A DNA stretch of 64,000 nt, taken from positions 1-64,000 of the forward strand of contig MEDY01000051.1 in NCBI GenBank assembly GCA_001724265.1, in the 5' to 3' direction. How positions within the stretch are numbered: the first letter of the stretch is position 1; the number at the start of each line of letters is the position of its first letter. Shown piece after piece: positions 24,316 to 35,524 of the stretch. This stretch comes from Rhizaria sp. SCN 62-66 (Eukaryota). A program made the position numbers and the translations under genes. The notes under the pieces were generated by a model that was not told the DNA's origin, made no database searches, and was given only the letters and a program-made list of their open reading frames with translations.

Positions 24316-27300
24316 TGCAGCAGCAACAGCAGCAGTCGGACGCCTTCTTCCAGCAGCAACAGATGATGCTGATGATGGGCCAGAATAACATCAACAACAA
24401 CAGCGGCAACAGTGCGTCGGCGACCGCGACTGCTGCGACCGCGGCTGCCACAGCCATGTCCGCCGCCTCGCTCACCCTGTCCTCGTTCAACCAAATGGGC
24501 GGCAACGACGACGGCGATGGCGCCGACGGCAACGGCGCCGACAACAGCGGCGCATTCCCCCCCGGCGTGGACCCCGCGGCCGTGGCGGCCGCCGTGGTGG
24601 ACTCGATCGCGCTCGCGCTGGGTCCTTCGGTGGGCACCGTGTTCCGCTACCTGGCGGCGCCCATGCTCGCCGCGCCGCCCGCCACGCAGGAGGACTTGAT
24701 GCGCCAGATCGCCTACTCTGCGGCCACCGCGGCCACAGCCACGGCCTCAGTTACCGCAGGCGCCCCCGCCGTCCCACCCCTGCCGCTGTCGACTGCGCAG
24801 AGCGTGGCTGCGCTCAGCAGCAGCGCCGGGCTCGCCAGCGCGGCGCTGTCCGTCACGTCGGACTCGCCCGCGCCCTCGCTGCCCAGCGGCATCCTCGCCG
24901 CGGGCAACAACACGACCTTCGTCAACAACAACTTCGTCAACACCAGCAGCAGCAGCAGCAGCGCCTCGAACGCCCTGCTCGCGCACGCGCTCAGCAGCCT
25001 GCCGCCGTCGACCGCGCTGGCGACCAAGAACAACAGCAGCAGCAGCAACAGCAGCAGCGACATGGTCGCCCACACGAGCGCTGGCGGCGTCGGCAGCGCA
25101 ACCGCAGCAGCCTCGCACCTCGGCGTTCCGGACCAGATGTCTTTCGGTGACATGTCCTCCGTCTGCGCGTCCTCCGTGCTGTCGCCCGCGTCCACCGCGC
25201 CCGCGCCCGCCGCGCCCGCCGCCGCCAACGCCGCCGGCATCGCCGCCGGTAGCACCGGCGTGACCATGAGCACCGCGACCATGCAGCGCGCGAGTGTGGG
25301 CGCGAACTTCTTCAAGCACTGCTCTGCCGCCGCGACAGCGGCCGCTGGTGCCGAGGACGCTGCGCAGCTCCGCACCGCTGGCAAGGGCAGGCTTAGCACC
25401 GACAACACCAGCAAGAAGACCAGCTCCGACGCCACTGGCGCTGACAACATCGACGCTGGCTCTGCTGGCGCTGCCGGCGCTGCAGACGCTGCTGGTGACG
25501 CCCTCGCTGCCGCGGGTGCCTCTGCCGACTCCGACGAGACCGCGGCCGCCACCCCGACGACTGCGACGGCGACGGCGACCGCTGGCGCGCACCGCCGCGG
25601 GCTGTCACTGCCCGCCGGCCACACCGGCGCGATGGCCGCGGCCGCCGCGGCCGCCGCTGCCAGCGCCACCGTGGGCGCCAACTCCGGCCGCGGCACGCGC
25701 TCGCGTGCTCTCGACACGAGTGCGGGCAACGCCGCTGCGGGCGGCGCTGCGGCGGGTCCTCGCCCTGGCCCGGAGGACGAGGACGAGGACGGCAACGGCA
25801 ACGGCGACGGCGAACAGGACGAGGATGACCACGGCGACGGACTGTCGCAGGTGCCGTCTTCGGTCGCGCTCACCGCGAACCCGCGCCGCGGCCGCGCTGG
25901 CAACAAGGCCGGCACCGGCGCCGGCAGCAGCAGCGACAAGCAGAGCGCTGTTGATGGCGAGAGCGCCAACGCCGCCGCCGAGAACGACGACGTCGACGAC
26001 GAAAGTGTTGACAAGCCCAAGCCCCTGCCGTGCCCTTCGATCCGCGCCAAAGTCACCACCTTGAACGCCGCCCGCAACATCCCCAACGACGACGCTAGCG
26101 ACGGCGACGGCGACGACGCCAGCGACGCCCTGCCCTCCGAGATCTGCCTGTCCTCGCCCGCGGCGTCCCCCGTCCCCGCGTCCAACGGCGGCGGCGCCTC
26201 TGGTGCGGGCTCGGGTCTCCCGTACGAGAGCCTCTTCGCGCGCGGCCGCCCCGGTCTGTTCGTCGGCGTGTCGGGCCCCGCCGCGGTGCCCCGCCCCAGC
26301 AGCGCGCTGGCCACGCCCACGCACACGCCCAACGCCGCTGCCGCCGCCGCCGCCGCCGCTGCCGCCGCGAACGTTTCTGCTGGCGCCGCTAGCGGCTCCG
26401 GCAGTGGCGCGAACGGCGCACCCCCGACGCCCCGCAGCGCGCTCGCGCTGGCGATGGCCACGCACCAGCGCACGCCGCCGCCGCAGTCGTCGGCCGCCAC
26501 CGCGGCCACTGCCGGGGCCGCGTCGTCGAGCGCGACCAAGCTTGCCACTGCGGCAGGCAGCAACAACGGTAACGGCAACGCTGCCGCTGCTGGGTCGTCC
26601 CTCGCTGTTGCAGTGGGCTCATCGTCCGCGACCCGATCCACAGGCTCCGCCTCCGCTTACGCCTCCGCGTCCTCCATCTCCGGCTCCGACTCCGGCGCCA
26701 GCGGCAACGGCAACGGCAACGGCAGCGGCAGCGGCAGCGGCGTGCGTATGGTGATGCCGGTGCCGTCGCCGTCGAATCACCGGCTGCGCGAGCAGGTGCA
26801 GGCGCTGCAGAGCTCCGCGGCGCGCTGCGACGACAACAACAATGCCGCGGACAACAACTGCGAGGACGAGTCGCCCGACGCCCCCGCGCGCTCCCTCGCG
26901 AGCGTGCGCGAAGGCGCTGTCGATGACTCGGACAAACAACAGCAGCAGCATCAGCATCAGTAGCAGCAGGGCGATGACAGCAACGCCAACGACGTCGCCG
27001 CCGCTGCCGGTACGAACGCGCAGCATCTCGCGCTCCCCCAGATGCAGCTCCAGCAGCAGCAGCAGCAACAGTTGCAGCATATGCAGCTGCTGCAGCAGCG
27101 CCAGCAGCAGACGCAGGTTCAGGCGCAGCTCCAGGCGCAGCTGCACGCGCTGCAGACGCAGCTGCAGCTGCCGGGCCAGTCGCCGCAGGCGCAGGCGCAG
27201 CTGCTGCACCAGGTGCAGCTGCACATGCACGCGCTGCAGCTCAACGCCATCGCGCTCAACAACCCGGCCGTAGCCAGTTCCGCCGGTGGCGCCGCGTTTG

Positions 27301-28703
27301 GCGTGTCCGCGTCGGCGCTGTCGCAGGCGCAGCGGCCGCCGATGCCGCCCTCGCGCACGGCCCCGTCGCCCGCGCCCAGCAACACGACCAATAGCAGCAC
27401 GCCCGCCGGCGCCGGCAGCCAGGGCCTCAACTCGGCCCGCTCGCGCCCCGGCCAGAGCGTCACCAACTCTGCGCGCGGCGACAACAACGCGTCTCCGTCC
27501 CCCTCGCTGAACGGCTCCGAATCCTCCTTGGCCTCCGCGTCCGCCTCGGCTTCCGCGGCCGCCGCCGCCGCCGCCGCGTACGCCGCGGTCCTGCAGGGCG
27601 CTAACGGGCTTGCCACGCCCGGCATGACCGTGACGCCCACGCTGTCGCCCTCGCCCTCAGTCATGGCCGCTGCTGCCGCCGCTGCGGCGCAGGCCGCCTC
27701 CGGCAGCGGCGGTGTCGGCGGCGTCGGCGGCGTCACCCTGCCCGGCTACACGCTCTCGGGCCAGGCGCTCTCCGCCGCCGCCGCTGCTGCCGCCGCTGCC
27801 GCCGCGGCGGCCGCGTCCAACGCCGCACTGTCGGAGCGCTTTTCGTCGACGAACATTTACGTCGGCGGCTTCGGCGACCACGTGACTGAGGCGGAGCTGC
27901 GGAACGTCTTCGGCGTCTTCGGGCCCATCTCGTCCGTGCGCATCATGTCGGACGACGCGACGGGCCGTGGCAAGGGCGTCGGGCTCGTGCGCTACACCTC
28001 GGCCGACGCCGCTTCGGCCGCCGTGCTCGCGCTTAACGGCGCGCTGGCGCCCGCGCAGGCTCTCGGCGGCACGCGTCCCCTGCAGGTGCGGCACGCGCGC
28101 GTCGGCGTCGCTAAGGCGCGCGCCATGGCCAAGGCCGGCGGGCCGATGCCGCCCATGCCGCCCATGCCGCAGATGGGCCAAATGGCCCAAATGGGGCAGA
28201 TAGGGCAGACGGGGCCGCTGGCGGTGCCGCAGATGTCGATGGCGCAGATGGCGATGCTGGGCATGGGGCTGAACAACAGCACCAGCAACAGTGTTGGACA
28301 GCAGCAGCAGCAGCAGCAGTTGGGGCAGCTGTCGATGCCTGTGGGCATGGGCATGGGCGCCTCTCTGCACGACGGCAACAACAACAACGGCTTGATGAAC
28401 AACAACGGTATCAGGGCTGCGGGTGCGTTCGGCGACTTCAATATCAACGGTAACAATGCGGGCAACTTGATGCAGCAACAACAGCAGATGCAGTTCAATG
28501 CGAACAACGGCTCGTTCGGCTTCGGAGACGCTTCACTCACTGGGAGCAACAACGCCACTAATGGTGTTTCTGGCTCCGGTGGCTTGGATGCGGCGACGCT
28601 CGCGTCGCTGCCGCCCCACATCTTGCAGCAACTCATGTCGACTCAAGCTGTCGTCATGCAGCAACAGCAACAGCATCAGCAGCAGCAGCAACAGCAACAG
28701 CAT

Positions 28704-28760
<57 letters not shown>

Positions 28761-29354
28761 CAGTTTGATAATAACCAGTTTGATAACGATGGCAGCGCTA
28801 ACGGCAGCATGTTTTCCCCTTCTTTCGGCAGTTTCAACCGCGGCGGTGGTGACATGGACACCAACGACAACTACGCTGACAACAACAACAACAACAACAA
28901 CAACAGCAACAACAACAACAATAATAACACCTTTGGCAATAGCAACAACGGTAGCAACTTTAGCGGCGACGTGAGCATGCCGATGAGTTTGCCCATGAAC
29001 ATGAACATGAACAACAACGGCCCCAACATGTTTGCTGACGGCGGTCTCAACAACAACGGTTTGTTCCATGGCGGCAACACTAACGCCGGTGGCGCGTTCA
29101 CGGCGTTCGACTTCGGCGCTTTTGACAGCAACACCGCCGCCGACGGCATCGACCTGGGCCTCGTCAACGGGCTTAACGGCATGGACTCCGGCATGGGCAG
29201 CCTCAACGACATGAGCCGCGGCATGAACGCCGGCATGGGCTTCGGCATGGGCGGGCTCGACTCGATGCTCGGCGGCGGTGGCGGCGCCGGCGCCTCGCCC
29301 AGCCCTTTTGGGCAGCAGCAACAGCAGCAGGACAATGACGGTAACATGATGTAA
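22254..29354 (+). CDS. Two-RRM (ELAV/Sxl-like) RNA-binding protein with polyQ/N/A tracts; one ORF of about 2366 aa if TAG 26961-26963 is read as sense
   Basis: RRM1 NLYVRNLP...SKGVGFVRY (about 23805-24040); RRM2 NIYVGGF...GKGVGLVRY (about 27850-28100). ORFs 22254-26963 and 27042-29354 share a frame and are separated only by one TAG plus 26 open codons. Ends TAA. Confidence 0.8.
24252..24314 (+). repeat. (CAG)21 coding polyglutamine tract; further CAG/CAA tracts at about 28660-28762
   Basis: Direct reading; in frame with the RRM gene. Confidence 0.9.
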
Positions 29355-30034
29355 AGCGAATGTGACCGAGATCTAACACGGTGTGGGTGGTGCTCGCTCA
29401 TATGCGTCATGCTTGTTTGCGTCTGGTTAGACAAGATATTGATTTTGCATCATGCTATTTCTTCACGAACACGTTTTTATTGAGCGATTACCAACATCAC
29501 ACACATTCATGGATTCGCACACTTTACCTCTCTGCGTACGCGCTTCCACGCACATTTTCACTTTCGTCCTCCCTATTTTCATTTTGCCACTTTCCGTCAA
29601 CACCTCCAACTTGATTTGAAATCCTCTTAAAAACATGCGTTGGGTCACACCGCTCTAATTTTATGCGGAGACGTTGCTGCTACTTTGATTGATTTCGGTC
29701 AGACTTTGTTGGTATTCTCTGGTTCATTGTGTCCCTCTAGTCCTCCCTCCAGCCTTTTACTTTCCCTCCTCAACTCTCTGCTTACCACATCTTTGTTTCG
29801 CGTCCCTTCCCTGCACTTTGAGTCACTTCCCTCAAATTTTTTTTTTTTTTTTTTTTGTAATTGCATTGCCGAAGCTTTTTGCAGTTCCAGTATTAGTCGC
29901 ATTAGCAACAGTAACGCAACACGACGCCTGGCACGTCACTTTCGTCGTCTCGCTGTCTCGTCGTCTAGTTAATACGTAGTTAAATTGTTTCGCTTGTCCT
30001 TTTTGTCTTTATTTTTCTTCTGCCTCAATACGCT

Positions 30035-30036
<2 letters not shown>

Positions 30037-30078
<42 letters not shown>
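30037..30078. repeat. (AC)21 microsatellite
   Basis: Direct reading of the sequence. Confidence 0.95.
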
Positions 30079-30079
<1 letters not shown>

Positions 30080-33000
30080 GTCTTTTGGTCAGTGCAATAC
30101 GCGTACGGTCCAAAATACTGTTGAGTGCAGCGCAGTACACTTGTGCATAGCTCAATCTGTACTCTGTGCTATCCTTGCTTACTTGTTTGTGCTTGCTTTC
30201 AACATGTTTTCGAGTCATGTTTGTTGCTTGAGATTGTCTTTGTTTCCTTTTTAGACTGCAATAATTCATCTCCATTTCACTCGACGAGATGTTGCGCTTT
30301 CTATTTTCATTTTTATGCCTGGGTTTTGCTGCTTTCATTGTTGCATTGCTTTGCTATACTGATTGTGAATGTGGTTTCGCACAATGATGTTTTCACGCGT
30401 ACGTTGCGCGTTGGGCGACAATCTCACCACCAAACACACCGCCACAGCAATTCATCAACACTATTCTGTGTGTGACAGTCATCACGCATTAGCACGATCC
30501 ACAAACAAACATCACAGACTCATCAAAGACTCATTCACGTCAACACTGATTAGATTTGCACCCGCAAGAGCTTGCCTATTTGTACTCTCCTACTCCAATT
30601 ATACTATCACACAAATATCACACACCAACACACTGCGCTGCAAAACCCTGCAGTGTACTGCACTGGGAGTATTTTATACCCCGCGAGATAACACGTTCGA
30701 TTTCGGTGCGAGCGAACTTCACAGAGCACTTGTACACGGCGCGCCACTGCCCAGCGCCGGTCCACACTCTTGATCATTAGCTGACGCTGCTCTAGCGTGT
30801 TTTCTCATGGACGACGGTTGCACTCCTGTTGTTGTTGTGGTGAATATTCAAGCAACGATGACATACGTTGATATTTTTTCCTAAACTCTGTTTTCTACTT
30901 GCATCTTTTCGAAGCACACCACATCCAGTCTAATTCTCCAAGTTACTTCGATCTTGACAAACGGCGGCTTAACGATGTGCGTTTTTCCTGCACATTGCTG
31001 TCTTTTGCACACTATCTTCTTCATGTAACTTTGTTCTATTACCACTGTGAGTGCTGTTGGTTGGGATTTTGCAAGTACTGTGCATCCTTGTGATGTCTTT
31101 TATGTACGCATTCATCACATTGTATTTTCATACTTTTTCATATTTTTATTCTTTGTCCTGTATCCGCGTATGCTCTCGTGCACATTACGACTGGTAGCAG
31201 TTTATATTTGCTCCGGTTGGTGCATTTGTTGCTGCTCACATTGCATTATTACATTCACAGTTGTGTTTTGCTTTAAATTCCGCGATCTCCCTCTGTGTCA
31301 CCCTCGCTGTGCTGTCTCCAGTCAATTGATCCAATTGCTATGTTATGCTCTGCCTTTTTTATTTTCTTCATCTTGCTTTTAAAATTTGTTAATTGCTGTT
31401 TCACTTCATGTCAGTTTATTTCACACCGTATCATTTGCGCACACGCTATAATACCAGTTTTTTGTCGTCTTTTTTTTTCTTCTTCCGTTTACGTCATCCC
31501 AGACTTCCACTACGAATTGTAATAGTCGTGAAACTGATAACTATGATTGTCTTCGTTTACATTCTCATCCCCAACACACTTTTCCTGTTGTGTTTTTAAT
31601 AATAATCATGCATGCTTACTTTTTTCACATTCATGTTTGCCGCAAGTTTTCAGTAGTTTATGTTTTATGTAATTTACGTTTTACTACCATTGTGACACCT
31701 AATTACGATGTATTGTACTGTTGTCACAAAACTGTGTACACACAAAGACGAAGCTAGCGGATTTCAGTCACCTTCTCAACAACACACTGCATTCTTATAT
31801 TTTCTCGGTGACCATGTATTCATTAGTAATCGCCGAGGGGGAATGAGCAGTGGCTGTTGAGTTATAGTGCTGTGCTGTACGTACAGTGCATTAATAATGC
31901 GTTCGCATCTTGTGTCCGTCATTATCTCGCTCAACTCCCCTTAAAAGTATCTCTTTATCGAAGTCACACACACCAACCCACTTATGGTACACAACTCGCC
32001 GCTTAGCGTTATTGCGCTTTTCGACGCTACCTTTGCCTTACCCTTTGCTACACCACACTACGCCATCTTTTCACACCATCTTTTCACACACCTTGTTCCC
32101 GCACTGATTCATGTTGACACGTACTCCTGAGTGCTTGCCTGCGTCATCGCTCGCAACATCGGTTGTTCCAATATGTTTCGGCGCAGTTCTAGTGCCATAT
32201 AATGCTGTCAAACGCAGTGCAGTCGCACAACAGTCGCGTATTGTGTACATGTTGTCATTCGCCCACTTCCACTTATCTCCACATCATCATTCCTTGTTAT
32301 CACCAACTTTCAGTTAGTTACTACAACCCAACACTGCTCTTTTCTTTTTCTTGTTAAGTTACATGACGCGTGATAGTGCGTAGTATCTTTCCTTTTAATT
32401 TTTGTTGCTTGGTCATTTTTCTCACGTTCTCCTCAGCGCCTTTTTTTGTTTCTTTTACCCAACATTTCGTATATTTTCGCCCGTTTTATCCTCTACGTCT
32501 CTTTTGTTTTCTCCCAATCACTAACTCTTATCACAGCACAAGCGTTGCTTTCTGCCACATTCACTGTTATTGTGACTGGAGCTGTAGTTGTTACTGTCAG
32601 TGTCGTCACTGTCTCTCCATGGACTCTTTTTTAGTTTCTTTTAGCATTCGCGCGTCTATCCAAGACTCACTGTTGCTGCAACAGTGCCATTCTCAAGGCT
32701 TGCTTTTGCTTCGTGCTGACTCATCCCCACACACGTACAAAATCAACTCATCCCACCTCAACTATATATCTCTCCGATCTGTATCACACATCTTCTTTTC
32801 ACCACTTATGGACATAATAATATAACACATATACATGACTTCTTATAGTGAACACAAACCAACCATTAATCGTAGAATCAAGCGTAACCATCAGAAGCTT
32901 CAAATTGTGTGAAAAAAACACTGTGTATTTTTCGATTGTGACCAACTAACGCGTGGTTCAAGACGTCATGAAAAATCTGTACATTTTTTGAAAACAAAAA

Positions 33001-33131
33001 GAGGGATAGAGAGGACAACAAGTCACCGCACGGGCAACCTTGTAGTCGCAGCTTCAGTAACCATCAGCTGTGACAGGCTCGGAGAGACAAAACACGGCTT
33101 AACCTTCGGCGAGAGACGATGGCCGGTGCAC

Positions 33132-34691
33132 TTACTGGAAGCGCTGGGGCAGGGAGCGCTTCTTCTCGAGGATCTCGCGCTCCATCCACCAGATAGCGCC
33201 GTGGGGGATGGCGTCACGCTTCTTGATCTCCTCAAGGGCGGCCTGAGCGTCCTCCATCTTGACCTTGATGTCGGCGATGTGGGCCTCAACCATCTTGGTC
33301 TGGGCCTCGGCGGCCTCGGAGGCCTCGACAGCCTTGGCGCGGGCAGCCTCAGCCTGGGCGCGCTCGGCCTCGGCCTGCTTGCGGGCCTCCTCAGCCTGGG
33401 CGCGGGCATCCTCGGCCTTGGCGCGGTCCTCAGCGGCCTTATCGGCGGCGGCCTTGGCCTTGGCGGCGGCCTCCTCGGCGGCAGCGCGGTCGGCGACGGC
33501 CTGCTCGCGGTCAGCGACAGCCTGCTTGGTGGCAGCAGTGGCCTTGGCGCGGGCCTCCTCGGCCGCGGCGCGGGTCTTGGCGGCCTCGGCAGTCTTGGCG
33601 GCGGCAGCCGCGGTCTCCTCCTCGGCGGCCTGGCGCACGCGCTGGACCTTGCGGACCTGGGCGCCCTGGTTGATCTTGGCGCGCTGGAGAGGGAGGGGGT
33701 CGGCGCCCTTCAGGCGGGCGAGGTCCTGGACGGCGGTGTTGCGCTTGACGATGCCCGCGGACTCGTCCTTGGTGACGGCGTCGAGGCGGTTGATCTCGCC
33801 AGTGTAGGCGTCCTGCTCGGCCTTGAGGGCGGCCTCGATGGCCACGGCCTCGGCCTCGGCCTCACGGACGACCTTCTCGGCGGCGCGGAGCTTGTCCTCG
33901 GCAGCCTTGAGGGCGGCCTCGGCGTCGCGGGCGGACTCCTCGGCGGAGACGGCGGCGGCCTCGGCGTTCTTGGCGGAGTTCTCCTGCGCAACGGCGCGGG
34001 CCTCAGCAGCCTTGGCGACCTCGGCGGCGGCGTTGGCGAGCTCGGACGCGGCGCGGGCGGCGTTGTCCTGCTGCTTGGCGACCTCCTCGGCGGCACGTGC
34101 CTCGGCCTCCTTGGTCTTGGCGGCCTTCTCGGACTCGATGGCGGCGGCCTCGTTCTTGCGGGCCTCAGCCTCGGCAGACTTGGCGGCAGCCTCGAGCTGC
34201 TTCTGCTGCTCAAGCTGGACCTGGAGGTCGTCGAAGGCCTTGTTGAGGGCCTCAACACGCGCGGTGGCCTCAGCGAGCTCGCCGGGGTTGGTCTCGCCGC
34301 CCTGGGGGTTGTTGATCAGGGAGAGGACCTCACGGGGGGTGCCCATCTGGTTGGCGCGGAAGATAAGGTACTCAGCAAGAGCCATCTCACCGTTGGCATC
34401 GAGGTCGATCTTGCGGAGCTCGTGGCGGAGCTCGATCGCAGTCAGGGTGCGGCCGACCTTTTGGAGGTAGTGGTGAGAGAGGACCTCGTCGAGCTGGTTG
34501 CCGTTCTTGCCCTTGGCGTGGTCGACGGCAATGAAGTCGTGCATGGTCTTCCAGACGGACTCAGCCTCGGCGTCGCCACCCTGGGTCCAGAAGGCGTTGA
34601 GGTAGAACACGGCCTGCTCCTTGTAGGTCATGGCAGTGATCTTGCGGAACTTCTCAAGAGTCGCGTTGTCGAGCGCAGCGGGTCCGGACAT
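33132..34691 (-). CDS. Calcium-regulated actin-bundling protein of the Dictyostelium ABP34 family, with long Ala/Glu/Lys coiled-coil expansion; 519 aa
   Basis: QAVFYLNAFW, LTAIELRHELRKIDLDANGEMALAEYL (EF-hand), PLPLQRAKINQGAQVRK and C-terminal GAIWWMEREILEKKR match remembered ABP34 motifs (QAVHFLNAYW...GAIWWMNRDLEEKKKR). Ends TAA. Confidence 0.8.
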   Translation of the reverse strand: MSGPAALDNATLEKFRKITAMTYKEQAVFYLNAFWTQGGDAEAESVWKTMHDFIAVDHAKGKNGNQLDEVLSHHYLQKVGRTLTAIELRHELRKIDLDANGEMALAEYLIFRANQMGTPREVLSLINNPQGGETNPGELAEATARVEALNKAFDDLQVQLEQQKQLEAAAKSAEAEARKNEAAAIESEKAAKTKEAEARAAEEVAKQQDNAARAASELANAAAEVAKAAEARAVAQENSAKNAEAAAVSAEESARDAEAALKAAEDKLRAAEKVVREAEAEAVAIEAALKAEQDAYTGEINRLDAVTKDESAGIVKRNTAVQDLARLKGADPLPLQRAKINQGAQVRKVQRVRQAAEEETAAAAAKTAEAAKTRAAAEEARAKATAATKQAVADREQAVADRAAAEEAAAKAKAAADKAAEDRAKAEDARAQAEEARKQAEAERAQAEAARAKAVEASEAAEAQTKMVEAHIADIKVKMEDAQAALEEIKKRDAIPHGAIWWMEREILEKKRSLPQRFQ

Positions 34692-35524
34692 GCTGATTTG
34701 TGCTAAAGAAGTGGTTAGAAAAGTTGACAGAATAATAATATAGAGTCGATGGAATGTGAGAAGAATGTTAGGAGGATGCTTGTTCGATCCAAAAAGTAGG
34801 CACGCGACGTGCGCCTGGGAGGCAGAGGCTCAAATTGTTTTTTCTCCATGCATATCAGAGCATAAACAAAGCAATCGCATGCAAGAACTCGATTCCCATA
34901 TGAAGAGCACTCGTTAAAAGCTCTTTATAGAGAAAGCAATCGATGCCGGTGGTGATAATGCAAGGTAAAGCACCAGGATACGATGGCACGAGGTGGCACG
35001 AGGCGTTTCATGCGAGCGATTCGCGAACCCGTCGAAATGCAGCACACAACAACATTGTTTCGCAAAACGAAATATTAACCCAAGCTAAGAAGAGTTCTAT
35101 GGTGCCTAAACACCCAACTTCAATCGCGCTTGCCTTCGGCTTTGCACTAAACAGCTTTGGAAAAGAAAGTCCAAAGGACGCCACCATCTCTTTCCCTCGG
35201 TCCGCTCGTCGAAAGTCAAGCCGGGCAACATGTGTGCGGGCTGGAGTCGCAACGGGTCTCTGTCGCGCGTCTTATCGCCCCTGGTACACGGCACAAGGGC
35301 AAAAATGAAGATTAAAATGTTATAACAACATTAAAACAAACTTATATTTTGTATTTATCGCATTATATTCCAGAAGGCAGGTTACTATGGCCCTACAAGC
35401 CACTATAACTGACTCTCACCACAAACGAAAGAAAGTTATAATTAGTCACACAACACGCATAAACCGCTGTCATCCGTGCAGTATTCACGAAAAACAACAG
35501 TTTTAGCCGGAGTTATGCAGTTCT

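Noticed and set aside
26961-26963. Pyrrolysine or selenocysteine-type recoding of the TAGs
   Set aside because: Pyrrolysine is not known in eukaryotes, Sec uses UGA, and the sites are in disordered Gln-rich contexts rather than catalytic positions.
29381-32825. Short Phe/Leu/Cys-rich ORFs in AT-rich intervals (also 5800-7150 and 61320-63150)
   Set aside because: Composition matches UTR/intergenic DNA, without the GC3 bias of real exons or any recognisable motif.
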